The notes under the pieces: generated by a model
What the model saw: only the letters and a program-made list of their open reading frames with translations
The model's database searches: none
Told to the model about the DNA's origin: nothing
Program-made: the position numbers and the translations under genes
Shown: positions 20,483 through 28,944 of the stretch, piece after piece
Layout: each line of letters starts with the position of its first letter
How positions within the stretch are numbered: position 1 is the first letter of the stretch
NCBI RefSeq assembly: GCF_013004595.1
Contig: NZ_JABEMC010000001.1
Span: forward strand, 186,001-250,000
Direction: 5' to 3'
DNA length: 64,000 nucleotides
DNA from: Brevibacterium luteolum
GTDB taxonomy: Bacteria > Actinomycetota > Actinomycetes > Actinomycetales > Brevibacteriaceae

Positions 20483-22912
20483 GTGATGACAACTCCGAAT
20501 CCCCCGAGCGGCGCGTCCGCAGCCGCATCAGCGGCGCCCAGGCGGCACCCGCTCGCCTCGCTCGTCCCGCTTGGACTCGAAGTCGGCGCCTGGCTGCTGC
20601 TGCTGACCACCGGTGCGATCGCCTTCGGTCTCGCCGGCATCATGGGGTTCTTCGACACCGGCCTGCCGGCCGACCTGCACAGCGTCCAGCCCGTCTGGGA
20701 GGTCGGCGAATTCAGTGTCCGCCATGGCGCGATCGCCCTCACCGTCCTCCTCGTCGTCGCCGCAGCCGGCCTGTTCCTGCCGACCTCGCTGCTCGGCTCA
20801 CGCCTGTCGACCACCGGCGGCCGGGTGCTGTCCTCCTCCGCCGCAGCTGCCGGAGTCTCGGGCCTGTTCCTCTTCTTCTTCCCCTCCGTCTGGCTCGCCT
20901 GGCTCACCGGCCTGCTGCTGGCGGTCATGGTCGCCCTGCTCGTCCGCCAGGCCCCAGGCGTGCACCGCAAACCGTGGCGCTCGGTCGGCGTCGCCGCGGG
21001 CCTCGGTCTGTTCGTCACCTACATCGCCCAGATCGCCTCGGGTGTCTCCGCCGGCGTGCCCGCCCAGCGCTGGCTGCTGCTGCTGGCCGCCCTCGTCATG
21101 CTCGCCGCGGCGATCGCCTCCTTCCTGCTGCCGGTCTCCGCCGACTCCGTCGACCAGACCACCGGTGCGTTCCCCGCTCAGCACCGCGGCCGCGGCGAGG
21201 CCGAGATCGCCCGCCCGTGGGCCTGCTACGTCCTCTTCGGGGCGCTTGGCGTCATCGTCGCGCTGCCCCAGATCGTCGTCGCCGACCTCAACTTCGGCCA
21301 AGCCGGCACCTACGCGATCCTGTGCGCCGCCCTCGTCGGCTGGGCCGCCGGCTTCGAAGCCGGCCCGACCTTCGCACCCGGCATGACCCGCCCGCGCCTG
21401 ACCTCCTTCGCCGTGCTCATCGCCGGTGTGCTCCTCGTCCTCATCGGCGCACTCAAGGAGCTCTCGGGCATGGCGATCCTCTCCGGTGCCGCGGCCTTCG
21501 TCGTCGGCATCGGCGTGCGCGCCCAGCCGTACGCGTTCTCCCGCCGCATCGGCTTCGGCATCGGCGCCTTCGTCGCCCTGCTGCTCACCTGGCTCGGCAC
21601 CGCGCTCAACGTGCCGGTCACCGACTTCATGGTCTGGGAGATCACCACCACCGAGGTCGCCTACATCATCCCCGGCCTGCTCACCATCGCCGCCGGCATC
21701 ATCGCGATCATGGCGTTCTCCCCGCTCGGCGTCCGCGGCCTCGGCGTCGACCTCGTCCACGCCTTCCGCGCACCCGTCACCCGCTCCGCTCCCGAGGAGC
21801 CGGTCGCCGGGCCCGAGGCGGTGGCCGGCTCCCAGCCGGGTGCCGTCGATGCCGCGCGCAGGCTGCCCGAGCGCGGCCTGTTCATCGCTTTCGAAGGCGG
21901 CGACGGGGTCGGTAAGACCACTCAGATCCGCAAGCTCGGCGAGCATCTGGCAGCCCGCGGCTTCGCCGACATCCACACCACCCGCGAACCCGGCGGCACC
22001 GAGGCCGGCCAGCGCATCCGCGAGGTGCTGCTGGGCGGCAGGGGAGTGGCCCAACGCGCCGAAGCACTGCTCTTCGCAGCCGATCGTGCCCACCACATCG
22101 CCGACCGCGTCGACCCGTGGCTCGCCGACGCCGGCGTCGTCATGACCGACCGCTACATCGACTCCTCACTGGCCTACCAGTCAGCTGGCCGGCAGCTCTC
22201 GGTCGCTGAGGTCGGGGCGATCTCACGCTGGGCGACGACCGGGCTCATCCCGCACCTGACGATCATCCTCGACATGGAACCGGCGACAGCGAATGCCCGC
22301 ACCGAATCCCGCGGCGGCGCCAACCATCTCGACCAGGCCGGTCTTGAGTTCCACTCGCGCGTCCGGCAGGCCTTCCTCGACATGGCCGCCCGCGAACCGC
22401 AGCGCTACGTCGTCATCGACGCCGACCGTGACCGCGACGCCGTCGCCGCCGACATCGCCGCAGCCGTCGACCGCACGCTGACAGCCCAGGGCATCCGCCC
22501 CCAGCCCCCGGCGGTCAGTCAGTCCCCAGCGGTCATTCAGCCCCCAGCGGTCAGTCAGCCCCCGGCTGGCGGCGAGCAGCAGGCAGCCAACCGGCCCGCA
22601 GCCGCAGCCGGGCCGGAAGCTGAGTCGCTAGCTGCCGACGAGGACGCCACCACGGTCCTGCCCTCAGCCAGCAGCGGAAACGGCAGCCACGCGGCCGGCG
22701 AAGACGACGATGACTCGGCCACGACCGTGCTGACACCCCAGGCGGGAGCCGAGCCGGATCCCGGTGACGCCGAGACGACCGTGATGCCGCGCCAACAGCT
22801 GCACAACTCCTCGCGGCAGAAGCTGCAGGCCCAAGCTGAGATCGAACGCCAGGCTCGTGAGCGCCTGCGCGAAGCCCGCATGCGCGGCATACGCCGAGGA
22901 GACCCGCAGTGA
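20483..22912 (+). CDS. tmk: Thymidylate kinase fused to an N-terminal multi-TM domain, with a disordered C-terminal tail
   Basis: FIAFEGGDGVGKTTQ, TREPGGT, EALLFAADRA, DRYIDSSLAYQ after about 430 mostly hydrophobic residues; topA-tmk-holB synteny. Confidence 0.9.
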   Translation: MMTTPNPPSGASAAASAAPRRHPLASLVPLGLEVGAWLLLLTTGAIAFGLAGIMGFFDTGLPADLHSVQPVWEVGEFSVRHGAIALTVLLVVAAAGLFLPTSLLGSRLSTTGGRVLSSSAAAAGVSGLFLFFFPSVWLAWLTGLLLAVMVALLVRQAPGVHRKPWRSVGVAAGLGLFVTYIAQIASGVSAGVPAQRWLLLLAALVMLAAAIASFLLPVSADSVDQTTGAFPAQHRGRGEAEIARPWACYVLFGALGVIVALPQIVVADLNFGQAGTYAILCAALVGWAAGFEAGPTFAPGMTRPRLTSFAVLIAGVLLVLIGALKELSGMAILSGAAAFVVGIGVRAQPYAFSRRIGFGIGAFVALLLTWLGTALNVPVTDFMVWEITTTEVAYIIPGLLTIAAGIIAIMAFSPLGVRGLGVDLVHAFRAPVTRSAPEEPVAGPEAVAGSQPGAVDAARRLPERGLFIAFEGGDGVGKTTQIRKLGEHLAARGFADIHTTREPGGTEAGQRIREVLLGGRGVAQRAEALLFAADRAHHIADRVDPWLADAGVVMTDRYIDSSLAYQSAGRQLSVAEVGAISRWATTGLIPHLTIILDMEPATANARTESRGGANHLDQAGLEFHSRVRQAFLDMAAREPQRYVVIDADRDRDAVAADIAAAVDRTLTAQGIRPQPPAVSQSPAVIQPPAVSQPPAGGEQQAANRPAAAAGPEAESLAADEDATTVLPSASSGNGSHAAGEDDDDSATTVLTPQAGAEPDPGDAETTVMPRQQLHNSSRQKLQAQAEIERQARERLREARMRGIRRGDPQ
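22502..22567 (+). repeat. In-frame 18-bp tandem repeat (about 3.7 copies, QPPAVS)
   Basis: cagcccccggcggtcagt / cagtccccagcggtcatt / cagcccccagcggtcagt / cagcccccggct. Confidence 0.85.
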
Positions 22913-24093
22913 CCGGCGTGTGGAGTGAGCTCGTCGGCCAGGACGCGGCGATCGAACAGCTGCGCCGCGCCGCCCATGCCGCTGGCCGCATCGCCGCCGG
23001 CGACACCTCGGGCGCCGCCTCGATGACCCATGCCTGGCTCATCACCGGCCCGCCGGGCTCGGGCCGGTCGAATGCCGCACGAGCCCTCGCCGCAGCGCTC
23101 TTCAGCCCGTCCCACGGTGATGAGCTCGACGCCGAATCGCACCGCGCGCTGGCCGGCACTCATGAGTCGATGACCGTCATGTCGACGCAGAAGTCGCTCA
23201 TCTCCATCGACGAGGTCCGCGACCTCGTCTCCCAGGCCCACTCCGCCCCGGTCAACGCCCCCTGGCGGGTGATGATTATCGAAGACGCCGACCGGATGGC
23301 CGAACGCACCTCCAACGTCCTGCTCAAGGCGATCGAGGAACCACCGCCTGCCACCGTGTGGATCCTCTGCGCGCCCAGCACCCAGGACGTGCTCACGACG
23401 ATCCGCTCACGCTGCCGCAACGTCAACCTGCGCATCCCGCCGACCGAAGCGATCGCCGAGCTGCTCATCACCCGCGACGGCGTCGACCCGGACAAGGCCG
23501 CCTGGGCCGCTGCAGCCGCACAGAACCACATCGGCCGGGCCAAGCGCTTCGCACTCAATGAGGCGGCCGCTGCCGAACGGCAGCGCACGCTGGACATCCC
23601 GTCCCGGCTCACCTCCCTGGGCACCACCGTGCGGCTGGCCGGCCGTGTCGTCGACAGCGCTGCCGAACGTGCCAAAGAGCGCACTGCTGAACGCAATGCC
23701 GCCGAACGCGAGGAGCTGCTCAGCACCCTCGGTGTCGAACCCGGCAAAGCCCCGCCGCCAGCCGTGCGCGCCCAGGTGCGCCGCCTCGAAGAGGAACAGA
23801 AGCGCAAGAACGTCCGCGCCCGCAACGACGAGATCGACTCGATGTTCTTAGAGCTACTCTCGCTGTACCGCGATGTGCTGCTGTGCCAGCTCGGGCTCTC
23901 CGACGGCTGGATCAACAAGGGCGAGGACGAGCGCATCCGCGCACTGGCTGAGGGCAGCACGGCCACGAGCACGCTGCGCCGCATCGACATCCTCACTCAG
24001 GCTCGCCAGCGACTGGCGACGAACATGGCTCCGCTGCTCATCGTCGAAGCTGCGTTCATCGGGCTCGTGAACCCCTGGCTGCTCGCCGAGTGA
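22909..24093 (+). CDS. holB: DNA polymerase III delta-prime subunit
   Basis: HAWLITGPPGSGRS, IIEDADRM, NVLLKAIEEPP, TIRSRC. Confidence 0.93.
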   Translation: MTGVWSELVGQDAAIEQLRRAAHAAGRIAAGDTSGAASMTHAWLITGPPGSGRSNAARALAAALFSPSHGDELDAESHRALAGTHESMTVMSTQKSLISIDEVRDLVSQAHSAPVNAPWRVMIIEDADRMAERTSNVLLKAIEEPPPATVWILCAPSTQDVLTTIRSRCRNVNLRIPPTEAIAELLITRDGVDPDKAAWAAAAAQNHIGRAKRFALNEAAAAERQRTLDIPSRLTSLGTTVRLAGRVVDSAAERAKERTAERNAAEREELLSTLGVEPGKAPPPAVRAQVRRLEEEQKRKNVRARNDEIDSMFLELLSLYRDVLLCQLGLSDGWINKGEDERIRALAEGSTATSTLRRIDILTQARQRLATNMAPLLIVEAAFIGLVNPWLLAE

Positions 24094-24116
24094 GCCTGCC
24101 GGCAGGCTGAGTGTGC

Positions 24117-25229
24117 TCAGTCGTCGAGCAGGCTGCCGACGAGGTCGCGGACGAGTTCGACCCGCCTGGGAATCCACGCCGCCACCGCGTGCTCGCTGTC
24201 GGCATGCGACCCGCCGCCGATCGTGCCGAGCCCATCGAGGGTCGGCACACCGATGCCGGCGGTGAAGTTCCCATCCGAACCGCCGCCCACAGCGATCGAC
24301 CGCAGCGGCGGGTGCCCGAGCCTGCCGGCGATCCGCTGGGCACGGGCGTAGAGGTTCATCGAGTGCTTCGTCTCGAACGGCGGCCGGTTGATGCCCCCGC
24401 GCAGCAGCAGCTTCGCACCCGGGTGCTTCGGTTTGAGCATGCGCAGCGCGGCGTCGACGCGACGCTGCTCCTCAATCTGCACCGCACGGGAGTCGATGCC
24501 GACCTTCGCGGCAGCCGGCACCGTGTTCGTCGTCGTACCCGAGGTCATGACGGTCGGCACCACCGAGGTGCCGGCTGAACGATCGCCGATCGTGAGGATA
24601 TCGAGCACCTGGGCTGAGACCTCGGCGGTGGCATTGATGCCCTTCTCCGGCTCGACACCGGCATGCGAGGCACGGCCGCGCACTTCGAGCTCATAGATCG
24701 CCACACCCTTGCGCGCGATCTTGACTGCCCCGTCGGTGCCGCCGGATTCGAAGACGAGCGCGGCCTTCGCCCCGCGCGCCTCCTCCTCGATGAGTGAGCG
24801 CGAGGTGATCGAACCGAGCTCCTCATCACCGGTGATAAGCACCGAGACACCGTCGAGGCTGCCGCGGCGGGCCAGCAGCTGGCCTAGGGCGTGGAAGATG
24901 ATGAGATCTCCGCCCTTCATGTCATCGGCACCCGGGCCGCGGATGATCCCGTCGATGAAGGAGAACGGCAACCGGCGGATCGTGCCCAGCGGCCACACCG
25001 TGTCGTGGTGGCCGATGAGCACCACCTCGCGCGGGCCCGAGCCGAAGCGCCAGAGTGCATGGGTGGCCTTGTCGATGCGGATGAGCCGGGCGGCGCTGCC
25101 GAGGTGGGAGGCGCCGATCTTCGAGACGAGACGGGCGCTGCGGGCCACCGCATCAGGATCCGCGGACGGGGATTCGCATTCGATGAGCTCCTCGAACTCG
25201 CGCAGGAAGCGATCCATATCCACGGCCAC
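24117..25229 (-). CDS. M20 metallopeptidase (carboxypeptidase G2-like)
   Basis: GHHDTVW, GADDMKGG, GDEELGS, HAGVEPEKG, GGGSDGN. Confidence 0.88.
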   Translation of the reverse strand: MAVDMDRFLREFEELIECESPSADPDAVARSARLVSKIGASHLGSAARLIRIDKATHALWRFGSGPREVVLIGHHDTVWPLGTIRRLPFSFIDGIIRGPGADDMKGGDLIIFHALGQLLARRGSLDGVSVLITGDEELGSITSRSLIEEEARGAKAALVFESGGTDGAVKIARKGVAIYELEVRGRASHAGVEPEKGINATAEVSAQVLDILTIGDRSAGTSVVPTVMTSGTTTNTVPAAAKVGIDSRAVQIEEQRRVDAALRMLKPKHPGAKLLLRGGINRPPFETKHSMNLYARAQRIAGRLGHPPLRSIAVGGGSDGNFTAGIGVPTLDGLGTIGGGSHADSEHAVAAWIPRRVELVRDLVGSLLDD

Positions 25230-25362
25230 GTTCTCTCCAGGTCCTTTCGTCTCTCGGTGGGGCGGTATGCGATGGCAGGCGGGGCTGCCGGGCAGCGGTG
25301 TGCGCTGCGCGCCGCCAGCTTCACTGTATCGCGCCGGCAGGTGCAGGCGCCGGATTGTCCTT

Positions 25363-25392
25363 TTGACGCTCGACTGAGTGAGCCGCTATCCT
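25363..25392 (+). promoter_or_regulatory. SigA-type promoter for the tRNA
   Basis: TTGACG-N18-TATCCT ending 10 nt before the tRNA. Confidence 0.55.
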
Positions 25393-25402
25393 TGTCCAGG
25401 TT

Positions 25403-25475
25403 GCCTCCTTAGCTCAGTCGGCAGAGCGTCTTACTCGTAATAAGAAGGTCGCCGGTTCGATTCCGGCAGGAGGCT
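25403..25475 (+). tRNA. tRNA-Thr (anticodon CGT), CCA not encoded
   Basis: Acceptor GCCTCCT/AGGAGGC, D arm GCTC/GAGC, anticodon arm TCTTA-ctCGTaa-TAAGA, T arm GCCGG-TTCGATT-CCGGC. Confidence 0.96.
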
Positions 25476-25562
25476 CTCTGATTGTCAGGAAACGCGCGGA
25501 TGTCACCAGAAGACATGGGCGCGTTTCTGCTTTCTCACGTTGGGCCCGCAACGTGCGGCTTG

Positions 25563-25913
25563 ATGCTCGAAAAGGCGGCGACGGCTGTAGAGACGGCTAC
25601 TGCTGATCCGGTCCGTTCACTGAAGGGCTTTGTCGCCGAGCATCCCGTGGACCGGGAGCGCGTCGACGTGCACAAGGAGCGGATGCTCGCCGAGGTGCGT
25701 GTGTACCGGCTCCGCGAGCTGCGCGAGCAAGCTGGCCTAACACAGGCTCAGCTCGCGGAGCGCATCGGCGTAGGGCAGCGCCAGGTCTCCAAGATCGAGC
25801 GTGGCGACCTTGATAACGCAAAGGTTGGAACGATCCGCAGCTACCTTGAAGCAATCGGCGGTGGCCTGGCTATCGAGTACGTGCTGGGAGACCAGCGTAT
25901 CCAAGTGGCCTGA
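25563..25913 (+). CDS. XRE-family HTH protein (HigA-like antitoxin), 5' end uncertain or truncated
   Basis: YRLRELREQAGLTQAQLAERIGVGQRQVSKIERGD..TIRSYLEAIGG; no good RBS or start near the conserved-looking N-terminus. Confidence 0.7.
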   Translation: MLEKAATAVETATADPVRSLKGFVAEHPVDRERVDVHKERMLAEVRVYRLRELREQAGLTQAQLAERIGVGQRQVSKIERGDLDNAKVGTIRSYLEAIGGGLAIEYVLGDQRIQVA

Positions 25914-26272
25914 TCGAAGCCGACGCCGAACGCGTCTGGATCGCGTGAGTCGGCCTCATGCTCGAGCCATGTCCAGGGCTTTCAGCGCGACTGCAGCAGT
26001 TGCCGATCGGTCCAACTGATGTGGATGCAAAAGCAGCCGACCCCGTTCGGCCATCACGCCCGCATCGCAGCCGGGGCTGCTCAACTGCGCGCCGGTGCGG
26101 TTGTCGGTGAGCCGATGTCATATGTGACACAGTCATGACACTTCGGCAATCGGTTCTGCTATGGTCGTCACCGTCCGCATCGAGCGGATCCTTGCAGACG
26201 GTGCGGATCACCTGCACCACAGCGTGCGGCGAACGTCCGCACTTTTTCTCGGATGAAGGGAGAGCCAGCGCG

Positions 26273-26347
26273 ATGTTCCGCCTGCACCTGTTCTCCCGCC
26301 GCGTCATCGATCTGATGTACGTGTGCACCTGCGGTTGTTGCTCCTGA
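26273..26347 (+). CDS. Cys-rich leader peptide (24 aa, MFRLHLFSRRVIDLMYVCTCGCCS)
   Basis: GAAGGGAG RBS, RRxIDL motif, 4 Cys in the last 7 codons, upstream of a sulfur transporter. Confidence 0.7.
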   Translation: MFRLHLFSRRVIDLMYVCTCGCCS

Positions 26348-26582
26348 TATCTCCACGCCGCCCCGGCATGACGAGCATTCCTATGCCCTGATCGGGCAGG
26401 AACCCCTGCCGCCTGTGCCGCCTGCGGCTGTCTGTCGCACGCCTGATGTGCGCTGTCTGCGGCGCCATCCAGTGCCTGCGACGCGAATCCTCTCTCACCA
26501 CTGCCGAACCGCCGCCCGGACACATCCGGCCAGCCTGTGATGCCAGGCCAGCCGGCGCCTCGGCTCTGCACAAAGGACTTCC

Positions 26583-27629
26583 ATGATCATCACTGGACTT
26601 CTCGTCGGCCTCGTTCTGGGCTTCGTCTTCCAGCGTGGCCGTTTCTGCGTCACCGGAGCCTTCCGCGACATCTTCATCGCCGGCAGCACCCGCTGGTTCT
26701 CCGCGTTCATCCTGCTCATCGCCGTCCACGCCGTCGGCCTCATGGCACTCAACACGCTGGGCCTCATCACCCTGGAGACCGACCCCTTCCCGTGGCTGGC
26801 CTCGATCGTCGGCGGCTTCATCTTCGGGTTCGCCATCATCCTCGCCGGCGGCTGCGCCACCGGCACCTACTACCGCTCCGGCGAAGGACTCATCGGAAGC
26901 TGGTTCGCCCTCATCTTCTACGCTCTCTTCTCCGCGTTCATGAAGGCAGGACCGGCCGCCGGGTTCACCGAATGGATCCGCGGCATCACCCTCGAGCAGG
27001 GGTCCCTGCCGGCTACCTTCGGCCTCTCCCCATGGGTGTTCGCCGTTGTGCTGGCAGCTATCGCCGCAGCACTCGTCGTCCACCACCAGCGGAAAGCGAA
27101 GACCCCGCTGGCTGCCCTGCCGCCGCGCAAGTCCGGACTGGCCCACCTGCTGACCGAGAAGCGCTGGAACCCGTTCGCCACTGCTGCGGTCATCGGCATC
27201 ATCGCCACGATCGCCTGGCCGCTCTCAGCCGCCACCGGCCGCAACGCAGGTCTGGGCATCACCACCCCGTCATCGAACCTCGCGCAGTACCTCACCACCG
27301 GTGACGTCGACCTCATCGACTGGGGTGTCATGCTCATCCTCGGCATCCTCACCGGCTCGTTCATCGCCGCCAAGGCCTCAGGCGAGTTCCGGCTGCGGGT
27401 GCCCGACGCACCCACCGTGGTCAAGTCGATCGGCGGCGGTGCGCTCATGGGCGTCGGTGCTGCGATCGCCGGAGGCTGCACTGTCGGCAACGCGATGGTC
27501 GAAACCGCCCAGTTCAGCTACCAGGGATGGGTCTCGCTCATCTTCATGATGCTCGGCACCGGGCTGGCAGCCAAGCTCACCATCAAACCCGCCACCGCCT
27601 CGGCGCCGGCCGCCCGCGTCAGCGCCTGA
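26583..27629 (+). CDS. yeeE: YeeE/YedE family thiosulfate transporter
   Basis: QRGRFC, LAGGCATG, IAGGCTVGN conserved Cys motifs; multiple TMs; AAAGGA RBS. Confidence 0.88.
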   Translation: MIITGLLVGLVLGFVFQRGRFCVTGAFRDIFIAGSTRWFSAFILLIAVHAVGLMALNTLGLITLETDPFPWLASIVGGFIFGFAIILAGGCATGTYYRSGEGLIGSWFALIFYALFSAFMKAGPAAGFTEWIRGITLEQGSLPATFGLSPWVFAVVLAAIAAALVVHHQRKAKTPLAALPPRKSGLAHLLTEKRWNPFATAAVIGIIATIAWPLSAATGRNAGLGITTPSSNLAQYLTTGDVDLIDWGVMLILGILTGSFIAAKASGEFRLRVPDAPTVVKSIGGGALMGVGAAIAGGCTVGNAMVETAQFSYQGWVSLIFMMLGTGLAAKLTIKPATASAPAARVSA

Positions 27630-27670
27630 CAGCCACCACATATCGAACCGGACAGCCACCACATATCGAA
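27628..27670 (+). repeat. Perfect 20-bp direct repeat, period 23
   Basis: gacagccaccacatatcgaa at 27628-27647 and 27651-27670. Confidence 0.9.
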
Positions 27671-27683
27671 AAAGGAGACCACC

Positions 27684-27908
27684 ATGCAGCATGTGCTTGA
27701 GACCAACGGACTCGTCTGCCCATTCCCGCTCGTCGAGGCCAAAGACGCGATGAACGGCCTGCCGGCCGGTGACGAACTCGTCATCAACTTCGACTGCACG
27801 CAGGCAACCGAGTCGATCCCACAGTGGGCAGCCGACAACGGCTACCCGGTGACCCACTTCGACCGAACCGGCGAGGCCTCCTGGACCATCACCGTGCAGA
27901 AGGCCTGA
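27684..27908 (+). CDS. TusA/YeeD family sulfurtransferase
   Basis: GLVCPFPLV motif, 74 aa; AAAGGAG RBS. Confidence 0.9.
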   Translation: MQHVLETNGLVCPFPLVEAKDAMNGLPAGDELVINFDCTQATESIPQWAADNGYPVTHFDRTGEASWTITVQKA

Positions 27909-27992
27909 GGGCCTCGGCGCCGGTTCCGTCTGTCGGACACGCAGCGAGACCCGGTAGGGTACGCAGTGAGGGTTTGAACCGAGGCAGGTGCG

Positions 27993-28880
27993 ATGCAGAT
28001 CAACGGCGACATCATTGTCGGAATCGACGGCTCCGAGGCGTCATGCGAAGCCGCAGCCTGGGCGCTGAAGGAATCCCGGCGCTCCGGCCAGCCGCTCAGG
28101 CTCGTCTCCGTCGCGGCCGCCGCCCACCCGAAGTTCGCTGACCTCACCGAAGCCCGGCAGGCCGCCGAGACCGCACTCGCCGAGGTGGGCCGCAGGCTCA
28201 CCGAGCTCATGGAAGGCCAGGAGACCCCGGCTGAGTTCACCACCGAAGTCCACGACGGCGACCCTGCTGAGGTGATGGCCGAGCTGAGCGAGGACGCCGG
28301 TCTGCTCGTCATCGGCCACCACGGCTCCGACCAGCCGCCGACCGGCCGGATCGGCACCGTCAGCTCCGGACTGCCCGGCCACGCGCTCAGCCCCGTGCTC
28401 ATCCACCGGGCCACCCGCGGCAGCGAATTCGACTCCATCGATGTGCACCCGCGCGGTGAGGCCGGCGTCGTCATCGGCCTCGACACCTCCGACTACTCCG
28501 GAGTCGCTGCCCTCAACGCCGCCGGTTACGCGGCTGCGACGAACGCGACCCTGCACATCGTCGTCGGCACCGCCCCGCTTGATGGCGACGAGAAGGCCCG
28601 CGCCCAGACCGAACTCGACATGACCTGGCTGCGCTCGCACTTCCCGGGCCTGCGTGTCGACGCCGCCTACCACGACGCCGACCCCGTCGACCTGCTCATC
28701 GAACAGTCGAAGGATGCTGACCTGCTCGTCATGGGCAAGCGCGGCATCGGCCGGTTCGCCAGCATGCTCGCCCAGCTCGGCCGTACCACCTCGCAGGTCA
28801 TGCCGCGTGCCGAATGCTCGCTGCTCGTCGTGCCCTTCCGCGACGATCCGAAGCTCGACGACCGCCGCCTGGCTGACTGA
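27993..28880 (+). CDS. Universal stress protein (two USP domains)
   Basis: IIVGIDGSEAS, LLVIGHHG, LLVMGKRG. Confidence 0.88.
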   Translation: MQINGDIIVGIDGSEASCEAAAWALKESRRSGQPLRLVSVAAAAHPKFADLTEARQAAETALAEVGRRLTELMEGQETPAEFTTEVHDGDPAEVMAELSEDAGLLVIGHHGSDQPPTGRIGTVSSGLPGHALSPVLIHRATRGSEFDSIDVHPRGEAGVVIGLDTSDYSGVAALNAAGYAAATNATLHIVVGTAPLDGDEKARAQTELDMTWLRSHFPGLRVDAAYHDADPVDLLIEQSKDADLLVMGKRGIGRFASMLAQLGRTTSQVMPRAECSLLVVPFRDDPKLDDRRLAD

Positions 28881-28944
28881 ACAGGCTGCAGTTGCCCAGC
28901 CGCAGGTCCGCAGACGGGTGGGCGGTTCCCGGTAACCTGAGTTC

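Noticed and set aside
25455..25475. att duplication of the tRNA 3' end
   Set aside because: No second copy noticed by eye and no integrase in the window.
26368..26586. TGA readthrough or selenocysteine joining MTSIPMP to the Cys-rich frame downstream
   Set aside because: No evident SECIS hairpin or RBS; chance in-frame arrangement is more likely.
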